A stretch of DNA of 64,000 nt from the NCBI GenBank assembly GCA_051599415.1, contig AP039699.1, positions 186,001 to 250,000 of the forward strand. Reading direction: 5' to 3'. Positions 22,079 through 33,973 of the stretch are shown here, one piece after another; positions within the stretch are counted from its first letter, which is position 1; the number at the start of each line of letters is the position of its first letter. The DNA is from Savitreella phatthalungensis (taxonomy: Eukaryota). Under the pieces are notes generated by a model. It did not search any database. It was not told where the DNA came from and saw only the letters and a program-made list of their open reading frames with translations. The position numbers and the translations under genes are program-made.

Positions 22079-23623
22079 TCTCCGCCGCTGCTAGACAACC
22101 ACTTCGCCACGGCGACTCTCACCGCAACACAGCCGCAAGCGGCACACGAGTTCTTCAAGCTCGACAGCCTCGACCCTTTTTTCACGGGCAAGAACGAACT
22201 TGACGCAGAAGCGCAGGACGTCGTTCACGACATGGCAGATGCATCCGCTTTTGGCTTTCCAGGCCTTGCGTCATCAGTGAAGAATGACGCTCAGAACGGG
22301 CTGCTCCATCAGCCATCGACTCAGCACCTTGGCGTGCTAGGCGCAGGACCATTCGCACGTCGCGGCTCCCTCCAGCATGATCAGGCCTCTCCAGGCGTCT
22401 CCTCCCCAGCCTCCACATACGCACCGAGTGCTCACGGCCGAAATAGCAGTATCAGCTATCCAAAAGCATTCAAATTACCTACAGAGGCAAACATGGATCG
22501 GCGACTATCATCACCGGCGATCGTGTCCTCGCAGAGCCTGTATGATAATTCACAGACACTCGGCAGTGCACTAGGCAGCGATCTAGCTCAAGCTCAGTGG
22601 ACGCCGAACTTCACGTTCGGTGGGCCGACAAATGGTGCAGCCGACACGAGCAGCACGCTCGGCGACTTTGCGATCCCGGAGTCGCGCAGATCTTCTGCTA
22701 ACAGCAGCATAGCACCTGGCTCATCCGCCTCGTCGGCCATTCTGCGGCGGCCAATGAGCGGCTTGAACGGCGCAGCCAGCACAGGGCTGCATCCGTCGCA
22801 CTTCAACGCATCTATGCAGGTCCCCACCAACTTCAACTTCGATAGGCGCATGTCGGTACCGGTGCTCGGGACCAACATGCCGAATTACGGCGCAGGATTG
22901 GCATCGATGGCTGCAGCAGGCGGCATGCCCAACGCCATCCGCGGTCGCCAAGCGTCTGCGGTCGACTGGAAGCAATTCAACAACAAATCTGGCGACGGCG
23001 GCGCCAACAGGGGTTTCAACCGAGACGAGCTATTCTACGACACCCTCTCGTCAGCGCGCGCAATGGCGCAGATGTCGTCGCAGCAGCAACCCAACTTGGA
23101 CGTCAACTCAACGACGAATGCTCTCAAGCAGCAGATGCAAGCACGTCGTCGTCAAAGTATGCCGTTCATTGGTGGCACGACCTTTGACGGCCCACGCCTC
23201 CATTCTTCAGGCTTTGGCGACGATGCAGCGTCCCTGTTCGCCGGTGGCAGTAGTGCAGGTGGCTTCAGTTCCGGCAGCGACATCTCCTCGAATGGCGGGA
23301 CGAGCGCAATGCAGCCGCCATCAATCCACAGCGGCGATGGCCTTACCGGTCTGCCCAATCAGGCCTCTATGATGTCGACCTTCTCGTCCAAGGACGCAGA
23401 CAGCAACCAGAAGAAGCACGTGTGTCCTGTTTGCAAGAAGCGCTTCACCAGGCCATCCTCCCTCACCACCCACATCTACTCACACACGGGAGAAAAGCCT
23501 TTCGTGTGTCCGGTCGATGGCTGTGGTAGACACTTCTCAGTCATCAGCAACCTCCGTCGTCACCGCAAAATCCACAAGAGTGGCGGCAGCGGTAGCAGCC
23601 ACGCATCCGCAGCAGCCATCTAA
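21641..23623 (+). CDS. C2H2 zinc-finger transcription factor, MtfA-like
   Basis: Two C-terminal fingers, HVCPVCKKRFTRPSSLTTHIYSHTGEKPFVCPVDGCGRHFSVISNLRRHRKIH, resemble Aspergillus MtfA fingers. Also a polyQ tract and several RRxS (PKA-like) sites. Confidence 0.85.
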
Positions 23624-24252
23624 AGGATCGTCACTCCACAGACATGCATGCATATATGATGATACACATGCGCGCCCACTCACGTCCGCTCCTCAGGGAC
23701 GATGTGGGCTCTCCGTATATAGCTTCACTATCTCTCATCCTGCCCTCGCGCCCGTCCCGACGTACATACACAGCCTGCTCTTGAAAGGCAAAGTAGCTGG
23801 CGCGTGTAAGCAGCATCCGGACCGGTAGGGCTCGCAGGCAGGCATGACTCGTTTAATTATTCATGATCGATGAGGAACAAAATCAAGGAAGTCTTGACAC
23901 CAGAGTCAACCGTGTAGATTCTCGTCGATGTCTTGTGTTCGTTGCAACACCATTCGCGACAGCGATCATGAGGGGCACATGCATCACCACCACCTTGACG
24001 TGTCACTGTACCCCGGATCTGCACGCCCTTTTTCATGACACAAAGGATCTGCCTCATGCATACGCGAAAGATCATCATCTGTCATCCTTAAGGCTTCATC
24101 ATAAAACGGTATAGATCGTCGTTGCTCACTCTTCGAGGCATTGAGCCCGATCGATAGTTGCTGATCCTGTCCACGTGATCTCCAGCCTGAGTCTCGTGCA
24201 CGTGTGACAAATGATCAAGGCTGAGATGGTCTACGCCTCAACAACGCCATAA

Positions 24253-24313
24253 ACGCGTCTTTCTCTGCAAAAGATGCACAACCTACAGTAACTGATGACA
24301 TGCAGAGACGCGT
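24253..24313. promoter_or_regulatory. Two MCB-like boxes (ACGCGT) upstream of rad9
   Basis: ACGCGT at 24253-24258 and 24308-24313, within 130 bp of the ATG. Confidence 0.5.
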
Positions 24314-24380
24314 GATTTCGACTAGCCTGACCTTCTAGAGTTATGCGCCACCTGTCAAGCTCGATGAAGTCCATGTCCTC

Positions 24381-26105
24381 ATGAATGCCGTCCTCTCAAT
24401 CGATGCCATTCGCGACATCTACCGCGTACTCGTCTGTTTCCAGCGATTCGATGATTTCGTCGCGGTCGAAGTCAATCCTGGTCAACTTTTGTTCACGGGC
24501 ATCAACACCTCACACAGCGCCTTCCTCCTGGTCACCTTCTACGCAGGCCGCTTTGACAAGTACGAATACCATCCGCCCATCCTAGATCACTCCTCAGCCC
24601 GGTCGCAGCAAGAGCGAGCAGCACTAGCAGCGAGCTTCAAATGTAAGCTACCCATTCGACCACTCCTTGCCATCTTCAAGAGCGCAGGCGGCAGCAGCAG
24701 TGGTAGCAACAATTTTGGCAACCGCTCCGATCCATACAACTCAAGGGAGCATGCAACGACGCAGATTCCAGGTATATCGAATGGTGCAGGTCCAGGCGCA
24801 GAGCGCGGAAACGTTGTCGAGGCCTGTCATCTCGTCATCAACAGGCCTCCGCCACCACCAAAGCTCGTCGACAGGGAGGGTGGACAGTCGGAGAGCTCTG
24901 CAGCCCGGAGACGACGATTAGCACAAGCATGCTACGTTAAGATCAGACTCGATTGCCGGAATGGTGTACGCAAGCTCTACAGGCTTTCATACGAGCTGCA
25001 GGAAGACGCTCTCAATGTCGTCGTTGACGGTGATCTCCACAACTCGAGACTTCGATTGCCAGCACGCAGTCTGAGAGAAGTCCTAGATCAAACCACAGGT
25101 TCAGCAGCAACGACCAATGCAGGCACAGGCGCTGGCGGAGACGAGCTCACCATGCAAGTCGATACAGAGCACAACCTCCACTTGACATCGTTCACAGAAC
25201 TCATTACGGCACCGGCGGCAGCCACATCCCGAAGGACTCCTCAGCAAGCCTACGCTTCCACCAGCGTCGTTCTTCGTCAGCCTGTCTACACCACCGTCGT
25301 CATGGACCACTGCGACGCGATCGAATTTGACGGTCCTGCAGAGCAGCGAACCACCTTTGCGGCTAGAGAATTCAAGGCTGTGATTCACTTGTGCGATCAG
25401 CTTGGACAAGCCGTTTCTCCGATCATCTCGTTTGGAGACGGGTCTGTGCCGCTGGTCTGCGATTTCACTGCAAGAGCCGATCCAACAGGTACCAAGCGTC
25501 CGTCGCGCTACCAACCAAGCGCTTCACTTCACGACGACGAGGACAACCAAGCGAGTATCGTCGGCAAATTCATCGTCTCAACCACCGCTGCAGGTGCCTC
25601 GCGCGACCGACAAACTACCTCGAAGCGAGCATTCACCGCCAACACCCTCGATCGCCAGCCCACCTCCTTCCACCATCGGTCGCACACCCCGGTACCCGCC
25701 GCCTCTGACCATACGCAGCAACCACTCTTCTTCCCAGACCTCTCACAAACCGCATCATCCGCATTCGTCCCATCAATCCCTATCGCCCCACCGCGGTCGC
25801 GCAACGGTACACTCCGAGGCCGACGAATCGTGCCATCGATGACCGAGACTTCGGCATCCATGGACGACCCTCGTGAGATGCCATTCACATTCGATGATGC
25901 CGAGGAATCGGCAGAGCGGGAAGCGGATGTGACTTGGCGCATCGCCGACGCTCAACCTCACTCGCAAGGACTACAACTCTACGACATCAGAGATATCCAT
26001 AAACCTGACGACCATGATGACACGACCCACACCGATCACGACACAAATCTAGGACCTACACAAGGCGCTACACAACGCGCACAGTACCGTGGTCTATTCG
26101 ACTAA
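24381..26105 (+). CDS. rad9: 9-1-1 checkpoint clamp subunit Rad9/Ddc1
   Basis: N-terminus IRDIYRVLVCFQRFDDFVAVE..LLFTGINTSHSAF, CRNGVRKLYRLSYE, TFAAREFKAVI and a C-terminal GPTQ...GLFD tail. Confidence 0.85.
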   Translation: MNAVLSIDAIRDIYRVLVCFQRFDDFVAVEVNPGQLLFTGINTSHSAFLLVTFYAGRFDKYEYHPPILDHSSARSQQERAALAASFKCKLPIRPLLAIFKSAGGSSSGSNNFGNRSDPYNSREHATTQIPGISNGAGPGAERGNVVEACHLVINRPPPPPKLVDREGGQSESSAARRRRLAQACYVKIRLDCRNGVRKLYRLSYELQEDALNVVVDGDLHNSRLRLPARSLREVLDQTTGSAATTNAGTGAGGDELTMQVDTEHNLHLTSFTELITAPAAATSRRTPQQAYASTSVVLRQPVYTTVVMDHCDAIEFDGPAEQRTTFAAREFKAVIHLCDQLGQAVSPIISFGDGSVPLVCDFTARADPTGTKRPSRYQPSASLHDDEDNQASIVGKFIVSTTAAGASRDRQTTSKRAFTANTLDRQPTSFHHRSHTPVPAASDHTQQPLFFPDLSQTASSAFVPSIPIAPPRSRNGTLRGRRIVPSMTETSASMDDPREMPFTFDDAEESAEREADVTWRIADAQPHSQGLQLYDIRDIHKPDDHDDTTHTDHDTNLGPTQGATQRAQYRGLFD

Positions 26106-26137
26106 GAAAGATCTCGTTATGTATGGAAAAATTAAAC

Positions 26138-28282
26138 CTATTGAATGAAGCCACCACCCACGGTGTCCCGTGTGGCGGTGAGATCGCCGTAACGTGATTC
26201 GACAGTGTGTTTAATTCTGAGGGCGATTGCGACCTTGCGCCAGCGATCTGTTGCTGTGTAGAGTGCTTGCCTCTTGGCGTGTGCTGCGATTGCCGCCATA
26301 CACCGTTCCCACACAGCTCCCACTGCATCCGCATGCGCGCTAGCCACAACCACACCTTCCACCACCGGTCGATACCGGCCGCGTCCACGGCTCCCTGCTT
26401 CACGAGCGATCGATGTCACAGCAGGCGCATACGAAACCCCAAGCACATCCTCACAAACGTACTTGATCATCTTCCGCCTGCCCGACGTCATCCCCAACCA
26501 CCGATTCACCAGTGCTGATGGGATAATCATCTCAGCATCGATGTCTTGTAAGTGTGAGCATCCCAGAGGCAAGAGCGATTGGTGGAACAGATCGACTGTG
26601 CCAAATTCACCCACGGGAATCTCACCGTCATCGCCAAGCGAGCGCGGCTCGATCGGTGTGGTCTGGTGGATTGCGAAGAGAGGGTCGGCGGTGGATTCGT
26701 CAGATTTGGTGTTGCGCAGAGCGTGCTTGAGCGGGTGGGCGGCAGGGAGGATCTGGCGACCGCGGAGGTACCATCCCCATGATGACCGGAGTTTGATGAC
26801 GGCCTTGCGCGGGTAGTATGGTTCCTGTGTCTTGGTAGCGGCGATCGTCAGTCGACCGCACTCCCGCGCACCTTCCGAAAGAGCCTCGTCGTGCCGCAAG
26901 TGGCGAGCGAGCACAAAGTGTGGGTGGTGACGGAAATCGTCAACCTTCACAGGTGCTGGTTCCGACAGTTCACGACGAGATAGCTCAGCATCTTCGATCG
27001 CATCGCGATCAGCGGTCTCCTGGCTGCGAAGTCGTCTCGGAACGCGGTACAGTTTTCTCAAGATAGCTCGCGACCACCAAGCTTCTTGCTCCGCACTCAC
27101 GGAATCCAGGCGCAGGCGCAGCGTTTTACCTGCATACTGACGAGCATACCGCCGCGTGACATCCCGAGCGGACCCGTCGCGCGCCATCGCCACCACATAG
27201 CTCAAGACGTTCGAGGTGTCGGACATCGGAGGCTCCAACTGGCCTGGACGATTGACGGTGCCCGTGACGAGCGGATCTACAGGGTACCATGTACCTGCGG
27301 CGACGTCGAAGACTTCCGCCCAGAATACCGGGTGGAGGGACTCTGGTGCGGACCTGACTGGTCTATAGGCTGCTGAAGGCGGTGTGGTTGTCCTGTTAGG
27401 AGGAGCGTGGTTGACGGCGCCGAGACGTGGTCGTGAAAGGCTCCGGCTCCCGCCACGCGCAGATACAGGCGTCGCAGAGACCGGAGGTCGGATGACGCTT
27501 ATCGGAGATGTCACTGCAACACGCTTCTCTGAGACGGCGACAATCTCAGCACTCGTCTGCTTGTTCACCCTCAGACTAAGCGGCTGCAATGAGCACACCA
27601 GTCGGACCTCGAGCTTCAGCATCCGTAGAAAAGCAACAAAGAGTACAGCGCCAATATCACGATTGCCTTCCATCCGTCCAGCGCACTCGAGCACATCTGT
27701 GTAAGTTACCGCTCGATCCTCATAACTCTTAGCGCTCAGCTTTGCAAGGTCGTCAGGCTCCATCCATAGTGCCTTTGTCAAACCTTGGCTGCAGATATCG
27801 TACAGGTTGGCGAAGTAGGTCGATGCAGCCCGAAGACCTTCTTGGAGCACGCGAGTCCGCTGTATTGCTGCAGATGTTGGTTTCGGATGAACATTGCCGT
27901 CAAATGCATCGACAAGTGGTTGCAGCTTTCGCTGAAGTGAGGTACGAGTGGTCATGTGGTTCAAGATACCGCAGTGTGCCATCAGACATAGCAGGTGTAA
28001 TTTATGTGTTTCCAGCCGAACCTTGCGCTCGATTCGTAGATGGAGGCGTGACTTCTGCTGCCCCTGCAGTTCATCCCTACGTGATGTAAGCTCAATCGTT
28101 AGACCTTGCTCGGACTTTGCAGGTCCATCGTTGTCGTCTGCTGAGGCGACTTGAGTCAGATCAAGTGACTCCCAGGCGAACTCATCCTCATCAGACCCAG
28201 AGTCTGAGCCCGAGGGTCCGTGGTGAACATCTTCCAGCTCAGCGGCGGTGCGTTTGCCGGGACGCCAACCTGAGTTATCCAT
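26138..28282 (-). CDS. RAD4: Nucleotide excision repair factor Rad4/XPC
   Basis: HKLHLLCLMAH, VRLVCSLQPL, PVFWAEVF, ARDVTRRYA, DFRHHPHFVLARHLRHDE and a BHD3-like GEIPVGEFGTVDLF. Confidence 0.92.
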   Translation of the reverse strand: MDNSGWRPGKRTAAELEDVHHGPSGSDSGSDEDEFAWESLDLTQVASADDNDGPAKSEQGLTIELTSRRDELQGQQKSRLHLRIERKVRLETHKLHLLCLMAHCGILNHMTTRTSLQRKLQPLVDAFDGNVHPKPTSAAIQRTRVLQEGLRAASTYFANLYDICSQGLTKALWMEPDDLAKLSAKSYEDRAVTYTDVLECAGRMEGNRDIGAVLFVAFLRMLKLEVRLVCSLQPLSLRVNKQTSAEIVAVSEKRVAVTSPISVIRPPVSATPVSARGGSRSLSRPRLGAVNHAPPNRTTTPPSAAYRPVRSAPESLHPVFWAEVFDVAAGTWYPVDPLVTGTVNRPGQLEPPMSDTSNVLSYVVAMARDGSARDVTRRYARQYAGKTLRLRLDSVSAEQEAWWSRAILRKLYRVPRRLRSQETADRDAIEDAELSRRELSEPAPVKVDDFRHHPHFVLARHLRHDEALSEGARECGRLTIAATKTQEPYYPRKAVIKLRSSWGWYLRGRQILPAAHPLKHALRNTKSDESTADPLFAIHQTTPIEPRSLGDDGEIPVGEFGTVDLFHQSLLPLGCSHLQDIDAEMIIPSALVNRWLGMTSGRRKMIKYVCEDVLGVSYAPAVTSIAREAGSRGRGRYRPVVEGVVVASAHADAVGAVWERCMAAIAAHAKRQALYTATDRWRKVAIALRIKHTVESRYGDLTATRDTVGGGFIQ

Positions 28283-28612
28283 GAGATAGCATGGACCAAG
28301 AAGCAATCAAGGATCGGACGGAGCTTGACAGCTTGTACCTGATCGAATATGTAGAGTGGATGATGTTGTCGTGTAGTGGATAGGCTTGTATACGTGCTTC
28401 CAAATTAGATCAAATACAGATTTGCGTCATTGCTGCACCAAAATCACATGTTCGGCCTCAAATGTACGCAGTCAATCTACACAGATCTCGAGTATACAGT
28501 ATCCTCATTCACGCATGACTCAAAGATAAATAGTATCCTCTTCACCATTCAGTCGTAATAACAGCAAGCAGTCTGTCAACACGCTACGTACAGTCCTTCA
28601 ACGTGTTCAACA

Positions 28613-30594
28613 ATGCTGTATTTAGTGCTCATTGCAACGTTGTTCCATGGCGCATCTTCTATCGCGCTCTCTTTGCCACCGCTACTGATAACAGCTCAAG
28701 TCGCCGCATTTCAATGGCCTACACTCAATCATCTCCATCCACCATCATCGGTCCATTCACCCAATCCTCACCAGATTGATCCATTCGACTCGGTTATCAA
28801 TGACATTCGCCAGCTTGAGACTCGTTCAGGGTGTTTCCAGGAAGCTTCACTCAACATGCTCCACGGCTGTGCTTCTGACAGCAACGAAAACCTGGATGAG
28901 CATGCGAAAGCGCGATTTGCCATCGAACTTACCCTATGCGAGCTCAACCTAGCCCGCGCAGATCCACCAAACTCATGTCTCCAGCTCGACTCAACGGATC
29001 AGGTTGCTACGTGCATCGCTGAGCTTGAGACTCGCCCACAATTCTGGACATCCTTTTCAGGATACTTCCGAGACGTGAGTGACCTGCCTGCGTCATATCA
29101 TCTACTCAACTGACCTCAGGTTATTCGCATGTGTCATGTCGCTCGTCGTGACGTCGAATTGAGGATTGCATTAGAAACACACGAGAATCTCACAAAGTCA
29201 GCAAGTAATCTGGCACGGATCCTGCAAGGGTATGTTTCTTTGTTTGATGCTTCGCAAGACCAAGCCACAGCATTACGGGATGCTCTACAAAGTGCTTTTG
29301 ACACAACGCAGTCACGGACCACACAGCTTGACGACGACCTCTTCCGTGCATCTGTCAAGTTGCAGAAGCACGCATCTGAGCTTGAAGGACTCAGCGAGCA
29401 AGTCAAGCGGAGCATCAATATGTTTGGCAAAGCTGCGTTCTCGACGATCGATGATCTTCGCCATCATGCAGTTCAACTAAACACTGATCTGAATCACGCT
29501 GCACGAGAAGAAGGTGTCAAGGCACTTGCAGCATTGTCTCAATTTGGCTCAGACAGACTCGAACAAACGTCTTTGCAATTTAATTCCTTTGCCGCCATGA
29601 TCGAGGAAAGGATGACAACGTCAAACGATATCAGTTTCCACCTCCGAGAACAGCTGACAGAGTCAAAGGGCCTTTCAAATGAGGTTCATGCACAGCTTCA
29701 GGAGCATGAGACAATGATGAGACAAGTCGATTTGCTGATGTCTACTGTGTCGACTGTGAGTGAGCAAGATTATGTGCTACCACAAACTGACCGCGCAGAT
29801 GAGCCAGAATGTGGCGAAGAATGTCAAAGACAGCAACCACTCAGCAGCAGAGTTATCAGCCTCGCTCGATAATCAACAAATCGCCCTTACGCATGCTATC
29901 GACAGACAGGAACAGCTCCTCGCAGAGATGTCAAAACTGCTGAACGCCACTTTGCCTGCAGGAATTGCTCGCTCGCTGGTTCCGGAGATTTGCGAGCATC
30001 GACGCGTCGCATGTGCATTCCTTCTGGCCTGTATTCCACTTCTTTCAAGACAAGCTCTTATTCGAGCACGTGAGTCGTCACGTTCCAGTAGGTTTGCAGT
30101 GGTACTGACTTGCAGTCCTCGGAAGTGCGGCTGTCACAGCGCTGTGGCCAAATATCCCCGAATACGGTGAGGTCATCATCATTGTGCTAGAGCTGTTTGC
30201 GCTCGGTGTCGTCGTGTGGCAGCTATTGAAGATCCTGCCAAACACGACGCGGTGGCTGACATCGCTTATCTTGAGACAGCCACAGCAGAAGGTGCTCAAG
30301 GACGACGATGAGTTCGAGTATCTCTTCAGGACGCCACTACCGTCCCCATTGCCATGGACTTCACAGCAGCAGCACTCAGTACGCCCATCGGTTTCGAGGA
30401 ACTCACTCGCAGAGGATCGGGAACAGGAATCAGAACACAGTAGCGATGCGATTGAGCTTCTGGACCTGGAAATAGAACAATCACAACAGCGTCGAACGCC
30501 GCAGCGGCGCAGTTCAGAAACAATGCGCGTCCTCGCGCTGATCGCGTCCTCTTCAGGAAGTGAGTGGAGCAGGGATGATAATGGCGAGCCTTGA
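28613..30594 (+). CDS. KAR5: Nuclear fusion protein Kar5/Tht1; exons 28613-29074, 29120-29755, 29799-30069, 30116-30594
   Basis: Signal peptide, Cys-rich domain (CFQEA..C..FAIELTLCEL..C..CIAELETRPQFWTSFSGY), coiled coil and C-terminal TM segments. Three 43-46 nt GTGAGT..CTGAC..CAG introns join four ORF-track fragments in frame. Confidence 0.88.
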
Positions 30595-30715
30595 AAGGCG
30601 GGAAATACGCTTGATGAACCTCATAACGATCAGCTAGCACAGCGTGTCGCATGCATACATATTTGAATTTTCCACCTAGCTACTGTCCTCCAAAATCTCT
30701 TGTGCACGTCTCACA

Positions 30716-31231
30716 CTACTTGCGCTTGTCTGCAGTGTAGCCTATGTATCGCTTGTCCTCAGTTCCTTCCCGCTCGAGCTTCTCGAACTTTGACTGTGCT
30801 GCATCTGCATTTGCGCCTGCACCATTCTCCGCGCCATCACCTCCCGCACGAACATGTCCTGAGGCTGTGGATGGATCGCGGTGTGTCTTGTTGCTCTTGT
30901 TTGGTCGGTAGTTCTTTGACCAGTCGGCATTAGCACCTGAACCTTCGAGCGCACCGTCACTCTCCCTCAGCGACTTCTCAGGATTCGTGTTGCGCGAGTA
31001 CGCCTCCTCGGAGTGAGACACCTCCTCATGCGTGCCAGTCCGCGTGTACTCGTTCTGATAAGGCGCCTGGTCATACGGCTTGCTCTTCTGATGCTCCTGA
31101 CGCTCCTTCTCACCGAAACCACCACCAGTAGATCCCGTGCCATCCGTGTACTTGGGTGCAACTCGCGTCGTGTGCAGATTCCTCAACACAGACACCCTCG
31201 CCAAGCCTCGCAGACTCATCCTCGTAGCCAT
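30716..31231 (-). CDS. Small hydrophilic, probably mitochondrial, hypothetical protein
   Basis: Presequence-like MATRMSLRGLARVSVLRNLHTT, then NEYTRTGTHEEVS...LEGSGAN. Confidence 0.65.
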   Translation of the reverse strand: MATRMSLRGLARVSVLRNLHTTRVAPKYTDGTGSTGGGFGEKERQEHQKSKPYDQAPYQNEYTRTGTHEEVSHSEEAYSRNTNPEKSLRESDGALEGSGANADWSKNYRPNKSNKTHRDPSTASGHVRAGGDGAENGAGANADAAQSKFEKLEREGTEDKRYIGYTADKRK

Positions 31232-31688
31232 GGCTATCACAACAGAGTCGATGGAGCTGTAAGACTTTCCCTGTGTGTTTGTATCTTATGTGTAGTGACA
31301 GAGTGTCTAGGGAGCTGTTTGAGGATGATACTACTTAGGCTTGTGCGAGGATGATCAATGACGTCGTTGAATGAATAAAGTGAGTGAATGACCCAAGACA
31401 GAGAAGAGATGAGAAGAGATATATTGATCTGTAGTGTAAGATTGAATATTCACGTGCATAACTCAATTGACTCCACTTTACAAAAAAAGAAAGAAAAGAA
31501 AAACTTCAGAATGCACACACACTCACAAACTCACTCACTCACTCAGTCACACACTCAAGTCACCTATCCTCATCCTCCTCATCATCACAAGACATCCTCC
31601 TCTCTCTCTCACTCACTCACTCAGACTCTCTCATTCTCTCACTTCTTCTCTTCCTGATGCACCCGTGACGCTGCTCCATCCTAGACAA

Positions 31689-33910
31689 ATGGCACCTCAA
31701 GAGCCATTCCCACTAGGCACTATCCCTGAGCGTCTAAAGTGCGCTAGGTGTGAAAACATCGCAAGAGACGCTTACAAGCTCTCCTGCTGCGATGACAACC
31801 TCTGCGGAAACTGTAAGTCTACATCAATCCTTTCTCTCCCCGTCATACCAAGAGAATACCTTACTGACTGGTTCAGGCTTCAATGGACTCACAGCAACAA
31901 TAGCATGTCCGCTTTGTGATCACACGCCATTCGAGAAGAATGCAGCTCTACCAAACAAGAGTCTCCGTAATACCGTCACTGTCTTCCTCAAGCACGCAGA
32001 GAAGCGTCACAAAGATGGTCTCGCTTCGCAGACCACCACTGCCGCGGATGCAAATGGTCAGCAGGCCAGCCACAACACGCCCTCCCTAGACACCACAACA
32101 ACCATACACGCACAAGCGCCAACAAAAGGCATGAGTAAGTCAAGCACATCACTACTTCTCTTTCTCATCCAATGCACAAATATACTGACCTTCATCAGAC
32201 TTCCCAATGGACACGATCATGATGCAGCAGATGATGATGGCAGGCATGATGCCGATGGCTCTAGGAATGGGCATGGGAATGGGCATGGGTATGCCGATGG
32301 TGCCAACGCCGATCGCTGGACAAACCTTACCCGATGGAGCTGCATCTTCAATGGCAATCCCGAGCGAGGGAGGTGTGTCTGCATCAGACGCAACATCTAG
32401 AGAGCAATTTGATGACAGGAACTCTGTGGTATCTGGCGATACACGAGCTGTGGATGGTGATGGTGGGCGAGAGCTGTCAGTAGGCAAAACCCTTCCTAGC
32501 ACGTTGCCGCTGCAAGAACTTCCTGCTGCCACAGCCGCAGCTGTTACCGATGCTCTTGTCAGTGCAGATGACCGTGACCATGGGGATGCGAAAGCGGCAA
32601 TGTCGCTCAATCTCCCGAAAGGCCCTGCATCGATGCGTCGTCGTGAACGTGCCACTGCTGATGATAGTCTTCCGTATCGAAACAGAAGCCACGACCACTC
32701 GGCGTCAGAGTCCTTCTCCCGATCGAGGTCTCGTCCTCGAGCAGATGCCGATGACTACTCTCGCAGGCAGTCGTTTGCAGCGACGGCGGACCACTCTCTC
32801 TCTGACACGCACACATCAGACGGTGATAACCATGACGGCGATCGTGACACCCGAGATGCCCGTCGTCGTCGCCTTCCATCACCGTCGCAGCGTCGTGGGA
32901 GGAAGAGGTCGCGATCACCAGCGCTCAGCACCATCTCATCAGTCTACAACACCGGCAAAGTTCCGGCAGTCGGGGCTGGCCTCCTGACCGATCGACACCG
33001 CCGATACTCAGATTCCCGCCACCGAGGGCGCGAAGCCTACACCCACAGAGACGACCCTGCCAACATCCCCGTCAGAGACCGATCAAGGTCTCCGGGTCCT
33101 GCCGCGGACCGCCGTACCGAGCGCGACAGAGATGATCGACCTCGGCGTGCCGACCGCGACCGATCTCGTGATTCGAAGCGACGTAGACGCAGCCGCGACA
33201 GGCGACGTGCACGCAAAGGTGAATACAGATCCCGCTCGTATTCTCGTTCGCGGTCGCGATCAAGGTCGCCATCGCGCTCGAGGCGCCGCAGTAGGCGTCA
33301 CGAGTCGAGATCAAGGTCACCTAGGCGCTCACCCGTCCCTTCACGTCGTCATCGCCGTCATCGTTCACGGTCGAGGACGCCACCACGAAAACCAACTTCC
33401 GGTAGAGAAGGACTAGACCTGCCAACTGGACCTGCATCATCACGTGTGCAGCCGCCGAAGCAGCCACCGTCACAGTCACAACCACAGCGTGCTGCTGGTG
33501 GATCAGGAGGGAGATCGTTTGCAGAACGTCTGGGTCTACCTACCTCGACATCAGCAGCCAAGGAAAAGCACGAGAAGCAGCCACGGCGTCGACGGGGCAG
33601 ATCACGTACACGCTCACGATCTCGCTCGCGATCACCGGATGGCAAGTGGTCAAGAAGTCGATCACCCCCGCCTCACAACCCACACCGCCAAAATTCCCAC
33701 ACCATGACCTCAAAAGAACAACAGCACGAACGCACCGGAGCCAGTAGTCCCAGCAGAAAGCGAACGAAACACCGTCGACGCGGACGCGATCGAGATCGTA
33801 AGCGTACGCGTGACGACGCAGACCATCCTGAACAGGCTGTGTCGGTGGCGGTGGACAAGCATGCGGATGCTGGGTTTGATCGGTTCCGGTCGCGATCACG
33901 GTCACGATAA
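31689..33910 (+). CDS. RING-finger protein with a long RS/RD-rich tail (RBBP6/Mpe1-like RING); exons 31689-31812, 31877-32134, 32199-33910
   Basis: Two GTAAGT..CTGAC..CAG introns assemble CARC..SCCDDNLCGNC..CPLC..LPNKSLRNTV. A Met/Gly-rich segment and extensive RS repeats follow. Confidence 0.75.
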
Positions 33911-33973
33911 GTAGCGTAGCGTACAGCGTATATGCATTGATATGAGAAGGTAAAAGTAGTCGCTCTTGCAGGC

